Below are positions 48,629-61,372 of a stretch of 64,000 nt of DNA, one piece after another. This DNA is from Lophium mytilinum (taxonomy: Eukaryota). The stretch is taken from assembly GCA_010093605.1 (NCBI GenBank), contig MU004184.1:1374801-1438800 (forward strand), written 5' to 3'. The position numbers and the translations under genes were made by a program. Each line of letters starts with the position of its first letter. Position 1 is the first letter of the stretch. Under the pieces are notes generated by a model that was not told the origin of the DNA, searched no databases, and saw nothing but the letters and a program-made list of their open reading frames with translations.

Positions 48629-50961
48629 TCAAAGCTTCAATTGGAACCTCGGATTTGTCCGAATTCGCTCACCGTATATCTTAAAGATAACGGGGACGGG
48701 GATCAAGGCAAGGGCAACGAAGCCTAGAAGGGAATTACCCCAGCCAAGACCGAGCTTGTTGTACATTGATAGACCTGCTAGAGGAAGTAGAGCACCGAAG
48801 ATGGAACGGATGACCGTATTGGCGGCCATCGCGGAAGCAGCGTGCAGAGTAAAGGCATCAACGAGGTAAGTTTGGATGGTCAGCTGTGAGAAATCCGTTA
48901 GCTAAGCCCACTGCTATAATTGAAGAGTGTTCACTCGGAAGGACACATACAAAGTTGCTCAGCATTCCTATTCCGACAAACGATGTACCAATGAGTGGGA
49001 CAATCCAGTGGACGTGTTTATCTGTTCCCCAGCCGTACATAAAGAGCCCGACGGGCAAGCAAATGCCGCCAGGAACAGTCAATATCATTGGCAGCCGATC
49101 TTCCGGCTTCAGAGCCTTGCCCTTCGCCTTCTGTCTCTTGAGGACTCGATCGCTAGCAACACCTAGAATGGCGAGGCCGAGAATCATACCTATGCCAGTG
49201 GCAATGTAGGTAAGTCCGACTGTTCCAGACGAGAAATGATAGTTTTCTTCAAAGACAAAGGTGATGGTCGTGAACAGGAGGTAGAGTATGCCCTTAAGGT
49301 GGCAGTAAAGTTAGCAAATATTTCAGAACCAGAATGAGGAAAACGATATCGACTTCTTGAAACAACTGTCGCGTGAGACACTTCTTCGGGGGATTCCAAG
49401 ACACCAATATGGTTGTCTCAGAATACTCCCTGAGTAAGTTTTCAAACGAACAAATTGCTGGGAAAGTTTTCATCTTTATCGTGAGCTTACGTACGTACGC
49501 AACGGCCGAGTAAAAGGACATGCAAAAGACGATAGGTGATGTCAGGAGCATCTTCGTGGGCCGCACAATGCTGAGACGGAACAGCTCCTTCGGCGAGATG
49601 GGTGACGTGAGCTTGGATCGGAGATTCGGGTTTCCGGTCTCTTTTCGAAGCCTTGCGGCTTTTCGTTCCAGGATTACGGGTGCGTACGTCTCCCGCAAGA
49701 AGACGAAAGCTAGAATAGTGACAACACCGCCCTGTGCGCCAGTGTTAGTATAAGGGGAAATGAAAAAGTAATCGGAAATAGGCTCAGATAAAACATACCA
49801 ATATCGCGATTAGGTAGAATACCCATCGCCATCCTTTTGCTTGTACTAGAAAACCCCCAATTACTGGCCCCACTACAGGTCCTATGAGTGGGCCCATAGC
49901 CCATATAGCCATGGCGCCGCCTCGTTTTTCCACGGGCATCAAGTCTGCGATCGTTCCGCCTCCAATCGTAAGAGGGGCAGATCCGACTGAGCCTTGAAGG
50001 AATCGGAATCCGACAAGCATGTTGAAGTTGCTCGACACTCCACAGGCAATAGTGAAGATGATGAAGAGTATGTTGCAGGCATGGTAGATCCACCTTCGGC
50101 CGTAGAGTTCACTCAGAGGTGCGACAATTAAAGGTCCGAACGCGAAGCCGAGCAGGAAGACGGATACGACGAAGGCTGCAAGAAGGTCTGATTTCTCGTG
50201 AAAGCCAGCCATGACTTCAGGGACGCCAGGGGCGAACATAGAGGATGCGAGAGGGCTGATGAGGTCAGCTGTAGCTCTGACTGGGAATAATAGTACTGGG
50301 CCGTAAGTCTGAGCACACGGTTTTATCACCGCTCAGGTAGCACTCCTAACAGATGAACGCCACTTCGTCGCTTTCGGTTGCAAGCTAGAACGAGATGACA
50401 CTGTCAAGAGGCTACCCGTTGCCAAAGAGCCGGTCTGTCAAGATGCAGCCCGGATTCCATTTCTTGAGAGTTGAGATCGCGTCTAGATTTTATGGAACCC
50501 ACAGGAGTGCCTCGAGCAGCGGCAGGCAAGTGTACAAAGACTCGTGGCTTGTTATGAACGAGGATGGAATGTACTCACGTCACGAAGGTGATAGATGAGA
50601 GAATGGCGATATTTCCCCACTTCAAACCATTCGAAAAGTTCATAGGGTTCTCTGGATCATTTGGGCCGTCCCAAAATATCACATTCGGGTCTGATTCCTC
50701 GGCACCCTCCTCTGGCAGCTTCTCTGTTGTATCCCCCGCATCGTCTATCTCCCCGCTAGACGTGGTGGGATGGCTGATTGCACCTTTTTCGAGGTCGCCC
50801 TTTTCGTGGTCGTGAATTGACGAGCGCTGTCCTGGGGTGTAGACACCTAGATTGGAAGGTACGTCCGCATCGTGGCCTTCTTCGTAGGCAAGCTCGAGCC
50901 TTGGGTTATCAAGGTCATGAATGTGATACGCCGGATTTGAGTAGGAGCCAGGAGTCGCCAT
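48629..50961 (-). CDS. MFS drug:H+ antiporter (DHA1 family)
   Basis: [28 protein letters not shown] and ETYAPVIL motifs. Four introns, including 50578-50256 and 49494-49293. Confidence 0.96.
49293..49494 (-). mobile_element. Introner-like intron, family A, empty form (202 nt)
   Basis: GTACGTAAGCTC...CTTTACTGCCACCTTAAG with a central hairpin GAGACAACCA-TAT-TGGTGTCTT. Homologous to PYC intron 8. Confidence 0.9.
50256..50578 (-). mobile_element. Introner-like intron, family B (323 nt)
   Basis: Nested stems GCCACGAGTCT..GTACAC / GTGTGC..AGACTTACGGC and GCACTCCT / AGGAGTGC. Plus-strand 50399-50555 is collinear with plus-strand PYC intron 5. Confidence 0.75.
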
Positions 50962-53106
50962 GGTGGAGTATTGCCGCGGTCTGTCATTCCTGGATTAGTA
51001 TGTTGCGACACACATAACTCTCTACGTGGTGAATCCATTGAGGCACGTCTAACGACTTCTTCGCGGTGGAAAAGTGGGTGAATAGTGAGCTCAATGAGTA
51101 CAGGGCTGCTCACCAGTAGTCCAAGCGCAGTGGGTTTGACAAGCGTTCAGGCGGGCCGACGTGGGTACAGGCAAGTTCCCGTCTTCTGGGTCAGCAGTTG
51201 ATTATCGTTATTAAACACCCTCTCTCCTTCAAAGAATCGAAGATCACAAGAATAGGTAGAATCAGGAACATCGCAAGTCCAGGGAGCCAAAAGAGGCTAC
51301 AAAGGAGCGCGTCCATCTCCGTCGCCGTCTTTCACAACAGGCCCAAGTCCCATGAATGCGGTTCAGATAGCTCCCGGTTACGTTTTATGCGGTTAATGCA
51401 GGCTTTGTGCAAAACTGGGTGTTCGCTGCTCCGAGCAGCTCCATCACGCCACCAATCATAGCAGCCACACGCCCCTTTGGGCCTTGGGACCTCAGCTCGG
51501 CCGAGGCCATAGAGGGTTTGGGAAATGGCGACAGATCGCAAAGGTGCCCATTCTCAGGTGCCACCAAGGTGAGAAGTCCGACGATGACGGTGCGCTCAGT
51601 AGCAAAGGGGTGTCGCTGTCTGGAAACTTGCGAAGTGAAGAAGCCTTGGTTAGCGGTCAAGATTGGGAAGACGGGCGGAAAAAGGTGGAGTGGAGGGCCA
51701 CGCCAGACTTATATAGCACGACGGCAATTTACAGGTAAATCTGCGTCACCAACGTTGTCAAACTATGGAGACCGCACGACACTATAGGTTGCGACACCCC
51801 TCGGCTGAACTGACCGTTCTTTCTCTGACATTTGAGAATCCCAAGGTTGTGGTGACGCTGGCTCTCTGATTGCAGCGACGTCGAAACACATGTCTGGCAG
51901 ACCCCCTTGCACTTCAAGTGGCAGTCCAACACCGGCAGAGGTGACCTAGAGAGCTTTGGAGCTTGCCTACGCTGTCGCTGTACAATTCGCAATGAGTTCA
52001 GAACAGCAACTCGGGTGTTCGACAAGTGCACACAAGCCTAGAGAGTAGGTGCCTTGGAATTGGAGTTTGAGACAGAGCGTTGACTGCCACTTTATTGTCA
52101 ATGCAGCCTGTCACACAAACTCTTCTTCCCCTCATACCAAGTCCGGCGCGGTAGTATCGTATGAAATTCGACTGCTTGTGCTTCATCGTGTCGCACACGG
52201 TGTACTAACCAATTCTAAACTCTGTTGCAGCTTGCGCGTCTGCTGAATTGCATATCGCGGCCGACAAGTGCGTGCTGCGCATGTCATGCGACGGCTCCAA
52301 ACCTCTTCTTCACCTTCCACGAGCTTCTGGTTCCAAAGTTGCTTCGTGATTAAACGCCGATGAAGTGATAGTGTGAGTAGACGGGACTCGTTTAGGAAAA
52401 AGGACGATCGGCAGGGCTTGAGAGACTTCTGCATCCCAATTCTATTGCTTCATCAAGTAACAGATTTAGGCAAAGTAGCAACATAATACACTGTACTCTC
52501 TGTCGCGAGGATAGACTCATGCTCATGCTCATGCGAAGAGCCGTCGTTCACGGGTCTCCGACGGATGGCTGTTGAAACACTCGGCGACTTAAAATCCTTG
52601 ATTTGTAGGAAATATATTGAATGCAGTGTGATGACTAGGGTCACATTCTCAAGTCGTAGTCAGCAAATCAGCGATAGCATTGAGTCGTTTCGGGAACGGT
52701 CCGAGAGCAGATCGGTCGCCAAGCACCGCCAAGCTGGCAACAAGCGTCTTGCCGGTCGCCTAATCAACGTGATAAGAGTGGGGTGTCTCACCTCTGATTG
52801 ATGACGACGTCGAGGTGGTTGGAGGCGTGGAGTCGTGCGTAGATAGTGGCTGAGTGTGGCTGGTTCTTCAGCGCCCAGCCTCCAAAACACCACCAAAACC
52901 CCTGCCTCTCGGCGGCCCCGGTGTTGCCCCTAGCAGCATTTGGCACCATTTGGCAGCATCCGGCCAGCTTATCGCAATTTATTGGCTGGGAAGTGGGCAA
53001 CGCCATGACGGAGGCGCTCCACTATCGCCTAGGGTACTTCTATTAATGCCATGGCAACTGGGAGGAGGCTGGGACCTGGCCGTTGCTAGGATGGCTGTAC
53101 CACTCA

Positions 53107-53112
53107 TATAAA
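53107..53112 (+). promoter_or_regulatory. Probable TATA box of the small GPI-protein gene
   Basis: TATAAA about 175 bp upstream of the ATG at 53282, followed by a CT-rich tract. Confidence 0.45.
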
Positions 53113-53281
53113 CCTGCCGTAGAGCCGCATCTTTATTTTCCTTCACCATCGTTCCACCACATCAAAGTCTCTCACTCTTCTCACATATACGCCAGTCGTA
53201 CCACATATCGCTACCTCGAACGAGATCAACCCTACCTCATCCGACCCAGTCAACTTTTTGCTCTCCCTCACACAAGCAATC

Positions 53282-53584
53282 ATGCAGTTCTCCATCCTCG
53301 CCATCGCCGCTGTGCTCGCCTCTACCGCCTCAGCTGCCTACTACCCCAGGCACGCCACTGGCTACCCTACCGGTATCTTTCCCACCGCGACCGGCGTCTA
53401 CCCTACCGGTACTGGGGTCGCACCCACTGCCACCCTGCCCGCTTTCACTGGCGCTGCGGAGCCGGCCTCCCAAGTCGCAGGCTCGGCTTTGGGATTCGTC
53501 GTTGCCGCTGGCTTCGTTCTGGTATGTATCTCTTCAGTGTGACAGAAGAAGGAAACGTGCTAACCTCACTCACAGATGATATAA
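53282..53584 (+). CDS. Small secreted Thr/Pro/Gly-rich, probably GPI-anchored cell-wall protein (82 aa)
   Basis: Signal peptide MQFSILAIAAVLASTASA, YPTG repeats, a FTGAA omega-like site and a hydrophobic tail. Intron at 53522-53575, then ATG ATA TAA. Confidence 0.85.
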
Positions 53585-54000
53585 AAGCACAAGTGCCTGA
53601 TTTGATTCAAACTTCGCATATTTTCGCGAGCGAGCAAGCGCATGTTTTTTCGACTCTTCTCAAGAGCTTCTACTCCTACAAATGACGGACATTCGTAGAT
53701 GACTTTCAGGATGGCGGGATGCCAACACGATACCGCTAGCTTCTAGCGATGATGGAAGGAATAATGGATGGGATGGATTGGAAGGAAACCTTAGATGATA
53801 AATAGGACGGGCATTCATGGCTCCTACATACTGGATATAGATACAGGACATAATAACAATAATTATTACCTACCGAATATGAAGCTTGATGATAAACGTG
53901 AAATCCACTGTGTTGTAGGAATGGTGACTGGCCCATTAAATAGAGGTGTCTACTTATTACCTGTTTCTAACAAAAAGCGACGACCCCACACCATGATACC

Positions 54001-54585
54001 ACGTGCAAGCTGCGTCCAACGAAAACGAGTTCACATGTTTGAGTATGTGACCTTTACAACAGAAAGGCATGAATTTCTCTTGCAAGTATCTCTGCGGGTC
54101 TTTCTAAGGTTTTTGTCATCGACCTGATTTCGATTCTTCGGTTTTGTCTCAAGAAGTAACCACAGCATCTACCCTTTGCGTGCACGCCGCGTCCAGCAAA
54201 ATTATATCTATGTCGTTGAACTTGTCACTCTTTTCAATCTAACGGCTTTACTCATCCCAGGGAGGCCTTCAATTAATCCTCCTCAGCTTCCTACCGGACC
54301 TTTGGTTCTGGGACACAAGTTGACTACAACGCGTGCACATTGCGTCGAACAAGATAAATCTTCAGCGGTTCGAAATGTGACTACTTGTAACTAGGCGGCT
54401 CCAGTTTCCATAGGAAGCCATTCAGTGACTTATTATAAGCCTCCTCACTCAGAGCTGATTTGGAGTCTTCGGAGTTCGGGTAAGAAACGACCAGAATGAG
54501 CAAACGCAGCGTACCTTTGTATACGCTGCGTCTAACAAAAACAGCTTTGTACGGTTAGATCGGGGAGTTTTTATAACTGATGTCA
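54001..54585 (-). repeat. Array 3 of the repeat family (4 copies, ~60 bp conserved)
   Basis: Minus-strand cores at 54050, 54227, 54380 and 54566. In all four, GACGC begins exactly 34 bp downstream (54016, 54193, 54346, 54532). Copy 2 shares GACGCGGCGTGCACGC exactly with the 47715 copy. Confidence 0.88.
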
Positions 54586-55061
54586 ACGGAAGCACTCCCA
54601 AGCGCCTGTGGTCGATCGTCAACTTCCATGGTCCGATTCATGACCTCCAGGCAGTCGAGTTCTGATTTGCACCCAAAAGCACAAGGGTTTTGCCGTACAC
54701 CCCGAATGGAGACCGAATTCTCGGGTTGCGCATCAGGGGCAACTTGACGCCTCAAAACGTTCTAAGGAACTCTAGCTTCCACACTTTTCGGGCTAACAAG
54801 AGTTGCCTTTCTTGGAAGTGAGCCGAGTACAGTCACATGGCAAATGAAAACACATTGTACCGGGAACAAAAGACCGTAGCACACGATCTTTACCATTACA
54901 CCATTCATACCAAAGATGAGACATTATGCAGAACGTCGTCGACCAACCCAACGCCTATCGTGTTTCCGTCCCAACCGCAGCCATCGAGACCCCAACGCCG
55001 CCCATCCCAAGCACGCCGCCACAAATGCACCTATGTTTATTACACAATACCTGAACAACGC

Positions 55062-57605
55062 TTAGTCCCCGCCAGCGCTAAGATCAGCGGAGAAGTCTCT
55101 GCGAATAGTCAAGTCCTCGAAATTTTCCTGGTTGGTGATGACCAGCCCCTTTTCGTTTGCTAAATGTAGTAGACAAATGAAGCAATACGAGGTTGAGATA
55201 TCCGCCATAGCTTGCTTGGGGTATACAGATTGAAGCCCGTTGATCACATCAGTGAACTTCAGAGTCGCGTCGTCGGGTGTGATAATGGTTTCTGGAGCGG
55301 CTTTGGTAGGAGTAGATGTTTGATCCGACGTCGTCTGCATCTCATTAGATTGGAACTTGTTGTAGGTAGTATCTTTAAACTTACGTCCTTGAAGCCAATG
55401 CCGCGCCATAGCTCCTCTTTCAACCGCCGCACGTCGACCTTCTTTGCTACCCGCGCGTACTGGACGTACTCCGGCCGTAATCGCCGGCTCTGTGTGACAA
55501 GCTGTGCTCCGAACGCGCCATCCTGCTGGGTGCCGAGCACGCCATCCATGGCGATGGGACCTGCGTCCATGCCTTCTAATGCGGGCGAGAAATGCTCACG
55601 AGCATCGGCGAAATCGTCATCGTCGTCGTCCATGCCACCTGGCATGTCCAGCGCGTCATCGTTGAAGAAGTCGGCGTTGTAGTTCCCTTCAGCGCCCTCC
55701 TCTCCCGGCGCCATAGGATCGGGATTATTCTCCGCGTTCGCCCAATACGCCTCGTCGACTTCTTCGGTTGGGGGTTTCGCCTGCTGCGTGCCGTTCCCAG
55801 CTTTTCTAGAGCCCATGCGGGCCTTTGGCTTGAGGAAAAGCCGAAGTAGCTGACGCGAGTTGAAGTGCTTGTCGTCTGGTAGAAGGTTCCTCGTTTTCGA
55901 TTTCCACTGTGCTTTGGGCATAGAGATCGTTGAGTTTGTGGTTGCTGGGGTGTACAGAGCGTCCGCGACGGGCTGAGAGAGAGGTGCTAGGAAATCCAGT
56001 TCAAAGGGCTCCTTTTCTTTCCGCTTCGTCGGTGTAGTTGTTTTGGCAATATCTTTTATCCTCCTAATGCGCCAATGCTCAGGGCCAGCCCAATTCTTCT
56101 GTAGAGCTTGGTCAAAGTAGTTTAGTATGTTCTCTTGTTCGTCTCCTTTGCCATGCTGAAGTGAAATTCCGTATTGCGCGCTTCCAGTCTCAAAAGCCCC
56201 CACCTCACCATTCCCTTCTTCATCCCCGTTGCCCAAGCCCATGGTATGCACACGCATCTGAGGTTCTAGTGCGGCTTCTCTTGCCCATGCCTCTCCTCCT
56301 TCGCCAAAGCCGGCATCAGCAGGGATGTCGAAACCACCGAGTCCGCCATCGTCATCATCGTCGAACCCCATCGCGTTGTCCTCATCCAGTAGAATTCCAG
56401 AGCGGTCTCCTTCTGGTTCCGCATTGTCCTTATCTTGCCTCCAGTCCTCCGGAGCTCTGAGGAAAGGTAGGTCTAAGGAACCGCTTGGGTCGCCAAGGTC
56501 GAGGTTTTTGAGAGACGGGCATATGTCTTGCTCATCTAGCCGTGCTAAGTCAGGGAAGTATTTCGAAGCAAGGCCGGATATGTCGATGTCGACGTTCCGT
56601 TCCTCCTCAGGCTGGGCTTCTGGTGTTTCTGATGTTTCGAGAGAGAGACTTTCTTCGCGTTCCTTGGCAGACGCGTCTTGGACATCGTCACTGCTATCGA
56701 AGACTATCCGCCCCTGGGAATCGATAGCAAGGTGGTTGAGTAAGAGTCCCTTGGCACCACCCTCGTCAAAATCCGCGGAAGCTTTTTTGAACAGGGGGTC
56801 GACAGAGAACTCCAGTTCCATCTTTTTCAACTGCAACTGGGCGAATCCTGTCGCAAGAGTAGCCTCTGACGACCTTTGTGCCCGCTTCTTCCTCTTTTTT
56901 GTGCCGTCCTCGTTCTCCTCTTCCTCATCATCGCCCTCGCCGTCTCCGTCCTGGTCTGCGTTGTCCCCGCGCTTTTTCTTGTTCCCGCTGTCTGCTAGGC
57001 CACTCAATAGTTTGCCCGTCTCGGTTGCAACGCTGTCTACTCGACTGGTATAAATCTTGACGCAGCCATCCAGGGTGCAACTGGCCCGCTGGAAATTGAC
57101 GCCGTCCCCCTCTTTGAGTAGTGACATGTCGTGAAAATAATCTATGAGCGCAAAATTCCAAGAGTTCGCTGCATTAATTTTCTAGCACCATCATTAGCCC
57201 TCACGATCTAGTCTCGGCCCAACGAGTCTGGGGACTTACATTGTCCGTTGCCATCTTCATCCACTCCTCAAAGTTTGCGAGGATTGGCCCGCGTTTCATG
57301 GGAGTTACGGCATTTCCACCAACGCGTGGCATCCGGTCTTCATCGTCCAGCGGTGTGTGCGGACTGCCTCCCGCGGCCAGGGAGAGTCTTTTCCGGATCG
57401 GGGTCGCGGCGGCTTTGATCGAATTGAGCTGTGCTTCGTGGAGCACCTGCCGCGAGTGCATGCGGTTCGCTTTCTCCTGGCGATCATCGTTGAGGGGAAT
57501 TCTGAGAGTTTGTTTAGTGGTGAGAATAGAGGGGCTCGCGGAGAGAACTCACTTCATGGGCGATTGGATCGCTGCCACGGAATACCTGTCGCGCGCACGC
57601 GGCAT
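55062..57605 (-). CDS. BRN1: Condensin kleisin subunit (Barren/Cnd2/CAP-H)
   Basis: NFEEWMKMATDNKINAANSWNFALIDYF, NFQRASCTLDGCVKIYTSRVDSV, WAGPEHW, KKVDVRRLK and SYCFICLLHLANEKGL. Three introns. Confidence 0.97.
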
Positions 57606-58147
57606 TCTGTCACGGTGTATATTATGTCGAAATGGGGTTAAAAGGCTCAGCGTGGTGGCGTGGCGTGGAAAGACGGCGATGCGGTTGTCAATCAACACAG
57701 TAAACAAACGAACGTTCGCGCTAGAGAAGCCATCACGTGACCGTTTTGCTGACTACCACTTTGGCAACGAAATCACTGCGGGGGACTTTATTGTCTCCGT
57801 GCTTCTTTAAACAGATAGCATTATTGTGTTCTTATCAAGAGTACTATCATTTTCCTGAGCTTGCTCTCCATTAGAAATCTATTCTCCTTATAGGCCCTTT
57901 GTCCCTGCATCCGTCTCGGCTCCGCAACCTTGGCCTCGGTCTGTCTCCGCTTTCCGCCAAGGGTCCAGCTGTTCCAAGGTTCCTTGGAAAGCAGAAAGTG
58001 CCCCCCTGGTGGCTGTGCGCCGCCGTCAGATAGTCTCGCCACGAGAGCTTCCCTGACGTACTATCTCCCTGCCAACATGCATCGTCACCCTATGTCTTTT
58101 GTGCCTTTTAGATCCTCTGTTCACAATCTTTACTCCACAATGCCACT

Positions 58148-61100
58148 ATGAGGCGCCTCTCCAATCCCGTACCTTCCTTGCGCCGGCCGGCTACCACCTC
58201 TACGCTCCGGCGCCCAAAGTACTCTGCGCGACCGTTTGTGCTCAGTATACTAGCCATTGTTACTCTCACTCTCCTCAGCGTTGCCGCGCAGAAATGGGGT
58301 CGCGACACTGGCCTTGGTCATGGCAGGCTTCAGTCGCGACAGCTTGCGATCCTGTCTCCGGACAATCTAGAAGTAGACTCTCCCGATGCGCTCCAATTAA
58401 CACCAAAGCTAATTGAGCTCTAATTACAGTGCCGCCTTGTACACGATGCCCCCGATAAATGCGACTTTGTAAGAGCAAACTGCCCGGATGAAGAAGCCGG
58501 AATCGTCTCATACCTCACTCTTTACTATTGCCGCCTGCCGAACTTGAAACCCCTCACGTTCATAATCCTTACCCTATGGCTCTCTCTGCTTTTTAGCACG
58601 ATTGGAATCGCCGCGAGCGATTTCTTCTGTGTCAATCTCAGCACAATTTCATCCCTTCTTGGCATGAGCGAGAGCATGGCCGGTGTCACTTTCCTAGCTT
58701 TTGGGAACGGAAGCCCAGACGTCTTCTCTACATTCGCGGCAATGAGTACAAACAGTGGCAGTCTAGCAGTGGGAGAGCTGATGGGCGCCGCGGGCTTCAT
58801 AACGGCCGTTGTCGCAGGGTCTATGGCTCTGGTCAGGCCCTTCAAAGTTGCACGGAGAAGCTTTGTTCGTGACGTTGGCTTCTTCATCGTCGCTGCAAGC
58901 TTTAGCATGGTCTTTCTCTGGGATGGAAAGCTTTACTTCTGGGAGTGTGCCACGATGGTTGGCTTCTATGTCTTTTATGTGGTCACAGTCATGGTGTGGC
59001 ACTGGTGGCTCGGCAGGAGACGGGCACGCAGGCAACGGACTGCAACGATGAGAAGTCAATATGTCCTACCTGGGGGAGACGAGGAAGAAGTGCAGGAAGC
59101 CTATCAGGACGATGAAGATGGCCCGGCTGGCGATGCCCGAACCCCCCAGCGCGGCCTTTCGGCGGACGACTTCTCCGCATTGGAACGTGCTGATGATGAA
59201 GACTCCTTAGAGCTTGATGACGATGATGGAGAAGAAGTACGCGAAAGATGGCTTGGGGAACTGAACAGCAACATGCGATTGAGCAGGCCGCGTATGGGCG
59301 AACGTCGAAACACACAGACACCAATACGTCCCAGCTTGGTGGGTGCATTGGAGTTCCGCGCTGTGCTGTCCTCTCTGAAGAAGTCCCGGAACATGCAAAC
59401 TATTCCGATACACCTTCGACGATATTCAGACGATCCTACTTTTACTACTGCGCAGCAACAAGACCTCCTATCCACGCCCTCAGACCCAGCTTCACGTCCA
59501 CCATACGCAGTAACAGATGTGGGTTCAGACGAGTCGCCTGGAGTTTCTAGACCGAGTGCAGCCATCAGGAACGTCGGTGTGAATCGTACTCGAGCTGTCT
59601 CTACAAATGACGTTGACAACGCTCTCCTGGATCCCAGTACTCTTCAACGAGGAGCTGTACCAAGTTTTGACCTTCTTGGGCCGTTACCTGAAGATGATCG
59701 TGGCTCGACGCATTCACACCTCGACCGAGCGCCATCACCAAGCTTCTCCGTTTCCCCGCCACCATCTAACCGTGGATCACAGGCTACGAGTCCAGCTCCC
59801 CCACAAGTAAAGGTCTCGCTACCAAACACTCTGGCGCCGCCTGTTCCGGGTGCTCCCGGGCTTCAGCCAATACGCCTTGGCGTTCCCAGTCCGACATCAC
59901 CAGATCCTAATCTACATCCTGGGCCTCGCCGTTACCCCAAGCTTAACATCCCCGGAGCATCGCCACCGTCTCCATTTCCAGCATACTTTGACCGTTCGCC
60001 TTCAAGTTACACTTCCTCTAGAGCACCTAGCTTGCGACTTCCACCAGCTAGCCTCTCTCCCGAGTCGATATTGCACCATGGTGATTTTGCCCATTCCGAT
60101 CAAGACGAGAAACCTCTGAAATGGTGGCCCTACAAGGTGTTACCTCCTCCGCAGGTCCTAATGTCTACTCTCTTCCCGACGCTGTACAACTGGTCAGATA
60201 AAAACATATGGGAGAGGATGTTAGGCATCGTTGCCGCGCCCAGTGTGTTTCTACTGACAATCACCCTACCTGTGGTCGAAGCAGAGAGGGACGAGGAGGA
60301 CTCTGCAGGTCCCCCAAACCTTAGCTTACCGCACAGCGTGACTTCAGCGACTGGAAACGGCGCTAGCTTCAGCCGAAGTACTATCACAATCCTGCCGCCC
60401 GACAGCCCAGCGTCAACTGACGCGGCGATACTCAATGGTGACGGTCATGGTCCCGAAACGAACGGAGGCCGAAGGAGTAGCAAGGGTCAAGCAAAGCAAG
60501 GAATCTCTACTGAGTCAACAGAGCACCACCATCTGCACCTCCACCATGCGGAACCAGTGCTTCTTTCTCCCACCAACCCTCGCATCCTGCAATCCCCCGA
60601 GCAACTGCCAATGGATGGCAACACCTCGCCTGAGCCAAAGCAGTGGAACCGTTGGCTGGTTATCTTGCAAGCTTTCACAGCTCCTTACTTCATCGTGCTG
60701 ATTGTTTGGGCCAACACCTCCCTCGACTCACCGCAGGCTCTTGTGATGCCAACGCTATACTCCCTCATTGTCTCATTGGTTCTGCTCGCTATCATCCTTA
60801 CCACGACAACGCCCACCCGGCCACCACGATGGAGAACAGTGCTGTGCTTCCTGGGGTTCGCGGTAGCTATATCTTGGATCAGCAGTATTGCCAACGAGGT
60901 GGTGGGCGTTCTCAAGACACTGGGTGTGGTTCTCAACATGAGCGATGCGATTCTGGGGCTGACCATCTTCGCCGTCGGCAACTCACTCGGCGATCTCGTG
61001 GCGGACATCACCGTGGCGCGACTCGGGTTTCCGGTGATGGCACTGTCGGCGTGTTTCGGGGGCCCGATGCTCAACATTCTGCTGGGCATCGGCATCAGCG

Positions 61101-61372
61101 GGTGCTATATGACGCTCAAAGGCGGGAAGCACGACCAGAAGAAACACCCGGGCCACCCGCTGAAGATGAAGCCATACCATGTGGACGTGAGCACCACGCT
61201 GGTTATTTCTGGGATAACGCTGCTGGTCACTCTGGTTGGGCTCCTGGTAGCGGTCCCAATGCGGAAGTGGAAGATGGATAAGATGATTGGATGGGGGCTG
61301 GTTATCTTATGGACGCTCAGCACAGTGGGGAATGTCATAGTAGAGATTTTCGGCTGGGGCAACGACAGCTGA
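58148..61372 (+). CDS. Cation/Ca2+ exchanger (Na/Ca exchanger family, Ydl206w-like)
   Basis: Alpha-1 repeat GVTFLAFGNGSPD and alpha-2 repeat GLTIFAVGNSLGD. Intron at 58373-58429. Confidence 0.95.
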
